DNA of 64,000 bases from Tubulanus polymorphus (lineage: Eukaryota > Animalia > Nemertea), in NCBI RefSeq assembly GCF_964204645.1, contig NC_134035.1, forward strand, positions 9,208,451-9,272,450, in the 5' to 3' direction. The notes under the pieces are model-generated. The model made no database searches, was not told the origin of the DNA, and saw only the letters and a program-made list of their open reading frames with translations. A program made the position numbers and the translations under genes. How positions within the stretch are numbered: position 1 is the first letter of the stretch; the number at the start of each line of letters is the position of its first letter. Of this stretch, positions 1 to 13,240 are shown in pieces.

Positions 1-3000
1 TTGATTGATATTTAGAATTACTGGGTCAGTAACACAGTCAAGGCTTAGAATTAAGACCAGTCCAAGCTTATCTTGGTACTACAGCCGATCGAACGGTCAT
101 GTGAAGTTACGAATGTCGAACTGGGCCTTGCCAGTCAAGAAAGGAAACAAGCGGTAACGTGACCGGAAGTGCACACGAACGAGTCGCTACACCGCCCCCT
201 CCCCGAGGGATTTCGCAATAACATCAACACTATTAAAGTTTAATACGTGTCTGATATTTTACGCATGGTCACATTGCTACGTTAGTAATTCATCATTGAT
301 AATTTCCGTGCAGCATCAGTTGGTATATCCCGTTGTCAAATACCGACCTCAACCTCAATTTACTTTCTGTAGCCGAAAAAAATTGTCTTGTCTTGAGAGA
401 ACTCATTACAGAAAAAAATGTGCTAATTCAAAAATTATTTAGTTCGAAATGAATAGAAAGAGTTAGTAAATTAATCTAAAAAGATTTCAACTGAAGTAGA
501 ATTTGAAATGCAGATTGAACAAATGACTCGGTTAGTAGATAAATCGTATCTTAGGTTGAATACATTCTGATTTTATGATTCTTTATATAATACATAACTA
601 TATTACTTTATTCATTTTATAGAATATCAAACTGTAACAACACCTGACGATGGTCTCTTGTGAAAGTACGAAACGCTAAGTCATTTCATCTTTGATTCCA
701 ACTCGTAATAAAATCTCTGTTTTTTTAAGCCTCATTCTGTGCGTATACAATAGGTACAGTATTATATCATGCTTCATGTTGGAGAAAATCTATTTCAACA
801 ACGCTGAGCGTGATTCTGTAAAGTGGAGGATTGGAATAGCGTAGTTTGTCGCACCAATTCGGATTAACAGTTGTAAAAAGCCGTGTAAACATTTCTATCC
901 CGATCCGATGGGAATTTCTGTATGAACTGTGGATTTAGACGCGAAATGCCACCACGACTGGTTTTCGAGATGTTGGATGTAGTTTTTTTCTATGGTAACT
1001 CACGAATTTCTCACGAAGACCTTTGCAATATAATCGAACGCGGACCTTCTCGCCATTTTTTTCATAGATAAGAAAGGAATGCAATAAATGAAAAGCCAAC
1101 GCAAAGATATTTCGATACTCAATGAAAGCTAGGTCCACTGACATGTATTTCCCAGTCAACCTATCGAATATAATCATCCCACTTAAAAACAAGATACACG
1201 GTCCAGATTGTACGATCAATGATTTTCAACATGTCACCGGATTCTAAATGGCTTTTGATATCTTGTACGGGCATACATCACCGCGTGTACTCAAGTTACG
1301 CGCGGCCTTCAACGAAAAAAGTCTAAACTCCGAAACAATTCTGGGATAGATTTAAAAAAATCTAGCAACGGTAGAAACAGTTCTAAAACCTCTCTCGAAA
1401 CCTCATTAGCAGCTGCCTATCTTCTATGAGTGAATAGCATAATTCATTTCACCATTAGCGGCGTGTAGAGACGGTATTTCAGAAAAAAAGACCGTATCTC
1501 GCTTGACTCTTGAAACACATTTCAGAAATAATTGATGAAGCATCGCTCGGTGAACAGCATTTTCAAAACCGTTTTAAGGGTTTTCTTTTTCCCTCTGTAT
1601 TTTTCGCGTATAGCTACAGGTTGACGTTACGTACTGGCTTCGTCGCAATTTTACCGGGAGTTTTCTTTTTTCAATGACTCAGTCAAAATCATAGCTGCAC
1701 GCAATTTAATGATTTATTCATAGAAAAAAGGTTTCGTTAACAACGATATTCATGCCCGCCAATGATCAACGCGTACTTTCTATATTGCGCTTCCAAATAC
1801 AGTATTATCAGACGATCTTATCTTGGAATATGTTCATCTTTTGTTCGAGTCAAAATTTCTAATTTTTTTAAAATTTGTGATTATGGCATCATATTTCATT
1901 CTTATTAATGCATAAACGTCTTCATATGATTCATTAATAATTACATGTCTTTTCAGGCCCACGCTTTTATCGAGGCGTATCTGCAATCTACTTTTTTCAC
2001 ATACGCTTGTATATGAAATTGTCGGAATATATACTTAAGCATTATTTGGGAATTGATATTGAAGATCGCGCGCGTGAAGATGGAGTAGTTCCCCGACATT
2101 TTGGAAAAGGATATATGTAAGCAAATAAAAGTTTATTAGCGTCGTTCATTTCTGCGCAATCACGATGGAGAACTGTATGCGTTCAGATAACGTTTCGTAT
2201 AGATTAGCTCTACGTATCACCAGTCGTGTATTGCCATATTGTACACAAAAATGTATATAATTAATTACTTGTTAGCGCAATGGGAAACGTTGAATAACAC
2301 TTATGGCATCCTCGAATGATCTGAGAGTGAAAGCACACTTGAATCTCTGCTAATAAACTTGCCCTTGTAGACGTCTTGTTTTATAGCGATCGGTACGATA
2401 GGGTTGACAGCGGATGAACAGATTCTTGCCTCGACTTTACGGCCTATATTTCGTACGTCACCAGTCGACCATAAATTCACTATCTATCACTCGTTATTTA
2501 TATACGCGGTTGTGATGCGGGACGCGTGAATGGCCTGCGTTGTTACGCGGACAGGTTATAGCAACGACAAAGGCTATAGCTTTCACGAGCGATTCTCCAG
2601 TATTCTTGCTAAAAAAACCGTGGTCCCGAGCTGGTAAAAGCAGGAAAAAGCTATTGCTAATTGCTAGCTGGAAACCGTTCGTAAAAGCACGTGCCACGTT
2701 GAAGACGCTTTCTCGTATAGCGGGAACAATCTAGCCGGTAACCGCTTGCGAAAACCAGCCTTAATAGAAACGTTCTTCTAAACCATCGAAGAAGATCTGT
2801 GTTACTACTAACGACGAAGCTGAAGAACTTTCATAATAATTCGATAGAAGTCGCGTGTGAAGTAAGGTATCATTTCCGCGGGTGATTCCGATATTCGTCG
2901 AGTTTTCGTCGAATGTATTTTTCGTCGCGAATCGGCTGTGACTGAAACAAGGTTGAGAAATAAAGCCCCGAGACCCGCGTGAAAAACAACACACACAAAC

Positions 3001-4315
3001 ATTCTCTACAAACAACTCTTTTCACTTTTATAAACACAGGTTCTAATCTGGTTATAATCATTCAACGTAACCGAATGCGACATCTCGTCAAACCCGGCGG
3101 CCAAAATTACCAGTTTAGCGAAACCGATTCTGCGGCGTCTGAACAGCGACGGGCGGACAGTAAGACACCCGTATTACTAATAGCGATAATAATACTGATA
3201 ATAAACTTGATTCCATCAAGCAATATACGTCGCCGAATATCTTATGAGTACAGAGACGAATTGTAAATTATCTTCGGCGTTTCTATTACTAATAGAACCG
3301 TTGTGCCGTTGGACGAACCCGTTACGAAATGTAGCGCGCGCATGAAATTAAATCACGGATACGGACTTCTATTATCTAATAAATACTAGATATACCGCCC
3401 GTAATGTTGGAGGACCACTTTAAGACGGTTAAACTTCCCCGAGATGTCTACTTACACAACCAATCTATCAATTACACGAGAAATGCGTGATCATCCCACC
3501 TTGTGACGTAATCAATAGTACGCGTGATAGTCAGGTCCGAGTTTAAATCAGCACCCCATTGGGGCAAAGGTGTGTGTCACGATCATATTATCTTGAAAAG
3601 CGGTTTTCTTGACATGACCATAAATAAATTCAACAGTTTCTGGTTTTCAATCTTGAGGTTAGGTTTTTTAAAATTCACAATTATGTAATTGGACTCATGG
3701 AGAGTGCGTGCGCGTATTTGACGGTGCGTTTCAAACGGGGTTTTTTCTTTCTATCACGAGAGATGGGTAATAAACACTTCAACGAACTTAGAACGTAGAG
3801 GTTTATAGTACAATACTCGACGACGTAATCTACAACACCGAGATGAAATGAATATGCCAATTCAATTACCATTTAAAACAAGAATAGTTGGGTCGAAATG
3901 TTTCGAAATTTAGATACAATTTTCATGTTTTTTGGAAGATGAAAAGTAATCTATTCTCAAATGATGTATTCAGGTACCCGGGCACTTCATATTTAAGATC
4001 TGTCCATTTTCAATAGGAAAATGGCCATTTTCACTGCTCTTTTTCTTGAGATAGAACTGCCCCTCAAAAGAAGCTCGGCACGGGCCTGGATCGGACACTC
4101 CTTAAAAAGGCCACCTTTAGACCTCGCGTCCGAAATTCATTTGTTTTTAGATATCTGTATTTAGCAGGTCATTCTATTCATTAAGTCCTGCGCGTCTTAT
4201 CGCGGTTCTTGTACACATTTGTAAATGAACACATTTGACGACAACCGCGTGATAATATTCTCACTTTCCTAATACGAATGATACCGATATAATGAGAAGC
4301 TGTATCATTCGGACT

Positions 4316-4560
4316 AGTTCCATTGGTCTACTGGTTAGTCCGCGCGCTTTCTGCGCACGAGACCCGGGTTCGATCCCCGGCGGGTGCGCGTTATTTCGCT
4401 GTCACTCTTCCAATTAATACATGAACTAGCGCATGTATAGGTATCGGGAACCACACGTGCGAGACCCGGGTTCGACCCCGATGAGTGCGCGTAATCTCAC
4501 TAACACTCTCAGATGATCATGTTTGCGTATCGGTTACGGGAACCACACCCGTTCGAATTC
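4316..4560 (+). mobile_element. tRNA(Glu/Asp)-derived SINE or tRNA pseudogene with internal partial duplication
   Basis: A-box TGGTCTACTGG (4324-4334), B-box GGTTCGATCC (4367-4376), TTC in an anticodon-like loop; B-box region and GGGAACCACAC tail repeated at ~4455-4550; acceptor stem does not pair. Confidence 0.65.
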
Positions 4561-6799
4561 AAGTCATCAGGCATTTAATTAATAGTTTAAATGAGATACG
4601 GGTATCATTTCGATAATTCGTGTTATCGTATGATGATCACGAACCTCGTGCGTTTTCGAAATTGTAGTCACGTCGAAAATAGTGCGTTTAATGATATTCA
4701 TTCGAATCAGACGATGATCAACCTAAATAAACAGCAGGACGACGGCGTTTTGTTATTTATACAGTCGCAATGCGGTGTTTACGTTCCTACTTTATCAACC
4801 GTCGAGTTTAAATTCGAGTCGCTCTCTCCCTCTCTCTCTCTCTCTTGCTATCATCCATACGTTTGACCCGTGATGAAATTTAAATTACCAATTACGGGTA
4901 TATGAAAAACGCGAAGCGCGTTACGGAATCCGCCGCCTGTTGAAAACGCACTCAACTCGCGCTAGAATGATCTACAAATATGTCGAAATATCTGAGTTTT
5001 TTTTCATATGTATATACGCGCGTGTTATTGTTTTCTTCTTTCGTTCGTGAATTACCAATCCGTCCCGCAGATACTCGCGGTGTGCGTCTCGAGCAGTTTC
5101 AAGGAGATTCGAAAGGAAAAACATGTCTGATAAGACGAGTGTTTGGCGATGCTTCGTTCACAAACGTATATATAAGGATTGTCGAACTCTTCATTTTCTA
5201 CACAAGATGCTGCTTTCGAGTACTGAATCTTTCAAATAGATTGTAGTGAAATTACTGCAGGTTTTAAAAACCTATATACATATAAATGTAATGGGATACT
5301 CGCAGCTTTACTGTGGCCATCGAGCATTGCAGGCGTATGGCAGGCGAGGATCCGCCAGGTTCGCTCGTAGAAAATTGGTCATTCGCGTTCGATTTCTTCT
5401 ACATTTCAAGTAAATCTATATGAACTTTTCTCATAAATGAATCAATTATAAAAACCTATACCGATATCCGAGTAGAAGAATGAAAGTATTGTATATTCGG
5501 TGGATGCTGTGATAATGGATTCGGAATTGAAAATGAACTACTTTTGACAACGGATTTTGACCTACTGCTCTTCACGCCATCTGGTGGGATAGCTGGTTTT
5601 GCGGGCACCCCCATTCTGTATTCTGTATCATTCCTTGCATTTCATTGTGATTGAATATAAGAATTAAGAATGTTTATGTATCATCACCAGTAGTCGAATT
5701 AATTAGGGGCCTGCGTATCATATTCATGGATAGAATGTAATCTAAACCTCCAAATTATGCGAACATGGAACTGGGCCACAGAAGTTCTACAGCTCTGGCC
5801 CAATTCCAAAGATGGTCTTAAATCGTAAGACTGGTCTAAAGTTGCTTGATTGACTATAACTACGAGGGTCTTAATTGGTTCTAAATGTCTTAGATTGGTT
5901 CTAAATCTAATTCTTGGACCACGTTCGACATCTAACCCGTATTTGATCAATGTTATGTTCACAAGGCGATTGTTTAGTTTTGGAAAAGAAGCGATACGTG
6001 CTAATTGTGGAAAACAGATTTCCGAGAAACGCGTCGCAGAGAGATTTTGTATAACAATCACCTGTGAGAAATTGCTAGGGTTTTACGTCGGCGAAGAGAC
6101 GTATTCTTCACGAGCGACAGAAAATGTAGCCCAGCAAAATTATACTTGGGGAAAATAGCGGCTAATATGAATATCATTTCCTTCAAAATAGGACAAAAAA
6201 CCACAAACAGAACATATACATATATATTTCATTTCATTTCACACATTCGTTATTCGCATGTGATGTTTTTTTTTTCGTCATAAAAAGTTTTTCAATGATC
6301 AGCTCGTCTCAAGTGACAGTTCGGCTTGCATGTCGGATTTCTTTGTTCAAAACCGAATCGCGTGTCGACTCTCAGTTCCCCCATCGCTCCGTCTCTCTTT
6401 CTCGAGAGAGTACGGTCGTGATTTTTTTTTCGAGCATTCAGCGAGTGTGAACGCGTGAAGATCTAATTTATTTTAGTTTAATTCTAGTTGATCTTGATTC
6501 ATTACGTACTAAGATACCGACTTATTCATCGATCAAAGAAAATTAAGTGGCAGTTACTCTTAGCTGATAAGCTATTCAATGTTGTTATTGCCAGCCGGTT
6601 TGGACCTGATGTTTTCCGCGAGTCTAATTCACTCATCGTACGGCAAAAAACCCTTCGCTACTGGACACGTTTAAGAGAAATTTTCAATAATAATTTTCAA
6701 TTCTCAATTATTGATCACCTGTTACCCGTATATAAGACACGTGGCAGTTGTAGAAACTATCGCCGAACGGTAATGAAATTTGTGAGCGACTTCGCGAAT

Positions 6800-7075
6800 G
6801 AAATTGAAAACTCAATCACCGGCAAGACGGCACCACAGTTCATTGTCGAAATTTCCAATTATGTACTTCGATTTGAATAAAAAGAAAATGCGACCGGTGA
6901 TCGCTAAACTATATCTGTACTTCGATTCCCGATTTCCGAATTCAAACCCGCTGTTTCGTTCCCGGCAGGTGTGGGGTGGGTTTGTATAAGGGACACCGAA
7001 TCAAAGCAAAACGATCCAAATCTATTGCCATTCAAATAAATAAGTGGGACAATCCTATTCTATGATAAATAAATT
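6800..7075 (+). repeat. R1 repeat copy (another fragment at 53570-53690)
   Basis: Shared blocks AACTATATCTGTACTTCGATT (with 34175 region) and CCCGGCAGGTGTGG..TATAAGGGACA (with 53583 region). Confidence 0.7.
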
Positions 7076-7598
7076 ATTGCGTTTTACTAGTAAATTGGAC
7101 CATTTGAATGTACTTAATATCGGCAAGATTTAACACGAAACCAAAAAGAACGCGCGTTCGAATTGTGAAATGTGACTTAGCGAATTCTGGAAGGGTGTGG
7201 TGTACCGGGCGTGTTTTATGTTTGCAGGCTGTTTTCTTAAGCATTAAATTCGTTTATCGTTCTAAGGATCTGTAATCTAATCTAATGAACAAAAAATTTA
7301 GAAAACTCCCATTAAACCGAATTACGAGTCTTTGAACATGTTTTCGAACAACAATTACAAGCCACGAGGGTATAACTTTCATGTTCAGATAAAAGAACTA
7401 TAATTGACGTTTCGACATTCAACATAAATTCAAAATTTTGCGATATACATGAATAGATGTATTCCACTACTTGCTTTTTTTCGTACGCATGCAAATTAGC
7501 AAAAACAATGTCTCATTTATTCGAAACAATATTGGCTGTATAGAATATCAAGGTATATTGTCAGTAAAGCGTGTTTATAAAGATTGAATATAACTTAC

Positions 7599-7990
7599 CA
7601 GCGACAAAGAATGAATTGTAAACTCCTTGAATATGAAGACAATTGAAGATAAGTCCGGTTGATTCTGCGAGTGGACTTAAGTGCGACAACTTGATAGGAT
7701 TGAGCAACCGAACTTACGAACATGTATAATTTGCGCGCACGAGTAGCTTCAGTGTTTCATCATAGCAGCCGCAATACTTGATACAATGTATGATTTATCT
7801 TTAAGTCCTTCTTATCTTCAAGTCTGCGGCAAATTATCTCAGCGTGGCGGAGGAGGCAGGGCTTACACGGCAGCGAAGTCAGGAATGAGGGTGGTCAATA
7901 CTAAAGTTGAAGTGAAAACGACACTAGTGGAATACGCGCGTTCCACTCGTAGCCAACCGCCGCTTCAGACGTTATGACGTCATGCGCGAA
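7599..7990 (-). promoter_or_regulatory. Probable promoter and non-coding first exon of a leftward gene whose coding part is not seen
   Basis: Strong donor TG|GTAAGT at 7598/7599; CpG-rich patch with palindromic CRE TGACGTCA at 7975-7982; no long ORF in the exon. Confidence 0.45.
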
Positions 7991-10237
7991 TCGACGTTGA
8001 AGCATCTTAGCGTTCGCGTATACGTCAACTGGAACTTCAACGTTTAAACGCCATTAATGCCGACACGTGGGTATTGTTTTTGTTAGTATCCGACAGAATA
8101 TCAAAAACGATTAAAATTTTGTAACGGATATCATTATACTATAATGAAAAGACAACCGTTAATCACGAAAATTGATCACGTATATCTTATTAATATATTC
8201 ATTTTATTTTAATTTTTCAATCAAAATATCCAGCAGTAATTACAAAGCAAGAATATCTACCACATTGGTTACTGATCTCCCTACTAGTACGTACGCATGA
8301 CTGGTCAGTTGATAAAGTACGTAGCGATTGCAGCTGAAATCTAGTTTATTTTTCATCACTCACACAACAATGATATATGTGTATTTATTATACGATAAAG
8401 CATTGACGATTCACGCGAAACGGTATTTTTAGTACGCGGGAATCTAACAGCGAATCGTGTGGCTACGGAAATTTTCCACGTTCACCAGATTTAGTTGTTT
8501 CACTCAGAAATGACTTTAATACGCGTCATAGAACAGCGACTTCGTGCTGGCTTTCAGCCGTTGATTCCACCCGGGGGACGTTTGCCTGACTCCGATAGCG
8601 ACACAAAGCCCCGGTTATCGGCGCCATTTATACCGATCCCACCACGATCTAAACCTGTCCTGCGGCATATTTCAAATCGTACGCCCTTTCATCTCGAATA
8701 AGGTTATGCGCGCCTTTTTTTTCTTGAAAAAAACGCTCGGTTTTGGTACCCGATGCAGATATATCATTACAGACGTTACATGCGAGGGACAAAACTCAAC
8801 TCTGAATCTCATGTCGCCTATCATGTTTTATCGAAATCTAATACACTTTTGAAAACTTTCGTGTATTCAACGTGGGTCTCGTCAATGCGCTCATATAAAA
8901 GTGACATCTTCTGCAGATATTCCCGAGACGTGATGACGACGATGCTAGAAAAATATAGCCAGGCCGTATTCGGTATAACGCGTCGGTCTGTTGAACCGTT
9001 TTCTACGTGGAAACGATCGCATTAATCGGATGAAGAAGACGCCATTTCATTAATTTGATATACACACCAGAAAGATAAAGAACAAATATTATTTCTGTAG
9101 AGAGATTGCCATCTGAATGTGTCTTCTTCGCTCTGGAAATGTCGGTCGTCTGCGAATAATCTGTTGTGGAGGCATCCGTTCAGAGACTATTTCCTGGTCT
9201 TTTACCGCGCTTCAACCGTCTTATCTGGGACGCTAGAATACGAGACTCTTTCTTTCTCTCTTTCACTCGCGCCTTTCGATGAATGATACTCATAAAAATG
9301 GGCGAATATTTATTGAATCAACTCAGGTTGCCGGATTTCGTTTAGGATGAAGCGTAATCGGAGTTCTCGCCCGATTCGGTTCGGTCTCCATCGATTCGTG
9401 GTAATATACCGTGGGAAGATTGCCATTATGGATTCTGTGTGCGCTGCGCGCTCTCGCCTAACTATCGCTACGTTAGCTAGAAAAGTTATCCGGCGTTTCT
9501 TTCCACTGACCATGAATTATCAGCAGAGGCGACTGACCCCCAAGAAAAGGGCATATCATATAAAAGGCTACCCCGAAAGAAAGCTCCTCGCGGAAAACAT
9601 GTCATAGAAATACACACAACAAGTTTATGAATTTAAACTTTATAGGTATTAGTTAAATATCTTTCATTTTCTAATAAAACTTCAGGGTAACTTAACAGGG
9701 TCCCCTTGCATTCCCCGCTGCGGCATCATATATGAAAAAGAAATATCATGTATATTTCAAAGATTTCCATATATGGAAAATATCGCATTGCAAAACTTTA
9801 TACAAATTTACGTAATGAACTGGAATCATCACATGAATATCGTGAAAATGAGCAAACCGCACGTGTGTCGGAATTCTATTACTGCGAATTCATTGAGTTC
9901 TATTTTGAAAATGAAGTTTTCAAAATGACACCATAGTTAGTTTGTCAAAGACCTTTAAATAATCGCTATAAAAGACACCAAAAACGAAAAAAAGCTATGT
10001 TTATCGTATACGCTGACGCCTGTAAGAATAAAGTTTTGATATTTCATTCTAAACCTCGGGCAATTTTCATTCATCGCGTCAAGTATAAACTTTATATTCA
10101 TAAATTAATGCTATACATTGATCGCGACGGGAACATTAGATATTCGGTAATGAAAACGTCGATTTCGACGAGGAAATTCTGAAACTGAGAATAATGAGTA
10201 GGCGCATTTGAAGAAACAAACACTGCTAAAAAGACAG

Positions 10238-10530
10238 TAAAAATATCCATGGAATATTGAATTAAAAATGACAAATTGCGACAATTCTGCGAAGGAAGAA
10301 CCGAGCGAATACTTGATATTTCAGGTATTATGAGTGTAAGTCGTTGAATTATAAAATATGAAATTATTAAAGGGATTTGTAAAAATATCCATGGAATATT
10401 GAATTAAAAAGGACAAATTGCGACTGTTCTGCAAAAGAAGATTTCGCGTTGAACCGAGCGAATACGTGATATTTCGGGTATTATGCGTGTAAGTCGTTGA
10501 ATTATAAAATATGAAATTATTAAAGGGATT
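10238..10530 (+). repeat. ~140-150-bp local tandem duplication
   Basis: AAAATATCCATGGAATATTGAATT...AATTATTAAAGGGATTT twice. Confidence 0.9.
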
Positions 10531-12789
10531 TAAATGTATCTAATTGTTATTATACGATGCAGATGTTTAGAATTAAGACAAAAAACGCATATTTTACTTC
10601 GGAGAACGCCATTATAGTCATCGTCGTCATCATCATCATCGTTATCATCATCATCGTCGTCGTGAAATCCTTTTGCCGATAATACGCGTTAATTTACTCT
10701 TCAACGTTCAAGAAAAAACGTAGAGACAAAATCGATAGACGAAACGCGAACATTCGCGCGAATGTCTATAATTAAAATACATGAAATTACTCATTAGAAG
10801 TGTATGGCAGAAAGCATTTCTACTTTCTGTCGATTGATTCTACTTGTGTCGGATTGATGATCGTTCTATGAGACTATTGTCGAAAGACGGTCGTTTTTGG
10901 GCGAACTCTACTATAGATCATCGTCGAGCGAACATCGGGAATCAATGGCTAACATTATCCGGCAAATTGTAACGTTGAGTGATTTATCGGAAAATCATTG
11001 CTCTCTGACACGAAGGATAACACGTTGGTTATGGCCGGGTATCGTAAAAATGGACTCAACTGCGACACGCTATCCGCCGCAGTCGTTAACTCTGACCGTG
11101 CAATGTCACCATAACCCACTCCGCACACATGTCCATGTCATCTTTATACGTACTTACTAATTTCCTAAAGTCTGATATTCAAATGAAGTATATTCCCGCG
11201 ACTTGGAACAGGGAGGTAGGGAGCGATTTATAAAGTGTCGTGGAGTATGCGAGATTATCCCTAGTTCTAAATGGTGATAAAAATAGTCTAGACGGCGACC
11301 CCTTACAAGATATATTGTTATTTAAGGTGTATTCAGGTTTTATCATTTATAGCTTAGCATTATAGATTTTCCAGAACAACACGACCAGATAACATTAATG
11401 AAATCTATTTGAATTGCGTATCGTTCTTTAATGCTTTTCGTGTGATTACATGTTTACTCATCTGACGGAATTAAGTTACATAAAGTGAATTGTTATTTTT
11501 GGATAATCGACGATGATTGAAATGTGTATAATTCGAGTTCACATTTCTGCCGAAAGAAAACTTAGATTCAAAAAAATGCCAAAAGCCACCGCGTGCACGC
11601 AAGAAACGACGAAAATGAAAATTCAATAAAAAAACTGCTTATGAAACTGAACTTCATAATTTTATCCACGCGGATACTGCGGGCTCATTCTCTATCGCCT
11701 GCAGAGATAATCACGCCCGAAACTCACAAAAAAGTTCTCAACAGGCGTCAAAAATTGATCTTTCTTTGAAACGCGAGGAAAATGCTGCTTATCAAATACA
11801 AATCGATTAATTTTGAATTTCAAAATACCAATATGCAATACAAAAGAAATGTGTTTGTTTTAAAGAGCTCATCTTTGATCATCTATTTGAACGCAGTCAA
11901 CTACCATTATTCAACTATATAGTGAATTTTGTTCGAGGCAATCTTAATCTATATTTGAAAGCAGGCATCCCCTTTTTGCTTTCTCAGATATTCAGAATTT
12001 CACTGGGATAAGCCTCTAGGAACAATGCATCGGTGTCGAATTGAATTTGTTCGTTCAAAAAAGTCTATCCGAGGCTAAACTTTGATTCAAACGTTAGTCA
12101 ATCCTAATCTAAATTCGTCGGATATTTCAGAATTTTACTACATAAGCCTATTAAGAATACTGTACAATCTTTCATTTACTTCCAGTCCTTCTATTAGTTA
12201 GTCAAATATTGCGGAATTCCACTGGATTAAGCCTAGGAATAATGCAGCAGCATTGAACGAAGCTCTGGTGCAGTTTTTTCTATCGTACGGTATATTCGTT
12301 TACATTTGTTCGATCACACGTGAAAGCAGGTTCCGGGTCGATCAAACGTAACTTCTACTGACTGAAACTGATGAATATTTCAGACGGCATTCATTCGCGT
12401 GTGTTGACGCTTAACTCATCTTTTAAAGCGGATTTCATTCGAGTTTCGTACGTTTGACAGTTCGAAATGACATATTTCTTGAAGTAACTGACACGGCCGT
12501 TTGAACGCCAGTCAATTATTCAGTTTTCGATTTAACCGGATTTTTAGATACCGTTTTCACGTAATTGCGAAACAAAATACAAGCGAAGTTCTGTTCTGTG
12601 AACCTGAAACACAGCGCGTACTGTTTTATAGACATCGGCTACAGTTTATACAGTATATTGTACATCCACGGTATTTAAAAAAAATATTAAAACCCACTAA
12701 TTTAAATATTCAGATCAAAGAATAAGTGTTTATTGAATCATTCATGAAAAATCGAAATAACAAACCAAAAGACTGGACGCGTTTTTATT

Positions 12790-13240
12790 TCTTTAGATTT
12801 GTATATACGTAGTGGGTATAGATATTTTTGACGCCGTAAAAACCGTTACAATAATGTTTTTATGCATTGATACCAAGCATGCGTTATTCAAGGAACTCTG
12901 TGTGAGTCGATGTGCACTACGTCATCAATATCGACGTTTCAAAAAAAATACCTAAGATCGTCAATTTTGTAACTGACCATTTTTCATATCATTACTCTAT
13001 TTCTATTGTTGATACATTTTGATAATTATCTTTGGGAGGATGTGCGCTACGTCATCAAAACATCGGGCTCTAGACTAGTTGCCGGTCAATTCAATTCAAT
13101 CATCGATATATTCAAATCCAAAATAACAGTGATTGATCCATTGTAATATGTAACTCATATCATATTATCTATTGTAGACAATATAGAGCAGTGTATTACC
13201 ATTTCCCAAGGCATCAATAAACATTCAAGTTAGTTTTCTT
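12790..13240 (+). repeat. Dispersed repeat, second copy ~15660-16135
   Basis: GACGCCGTAAAAACCGTT..GTGCACTACGTCATC..TTGCCGGTCAATTCAATTCAAT..CAAGTTAGTTTTCT in both. Confidence 0.85.

Noticed and set aside
4316-4390. Functional tRNA-Glu
   Set aside because: Acceptor stem does not pair, pyrimidine at position 37, no T-run terminator, and a duplicated SINE-like tail follows.
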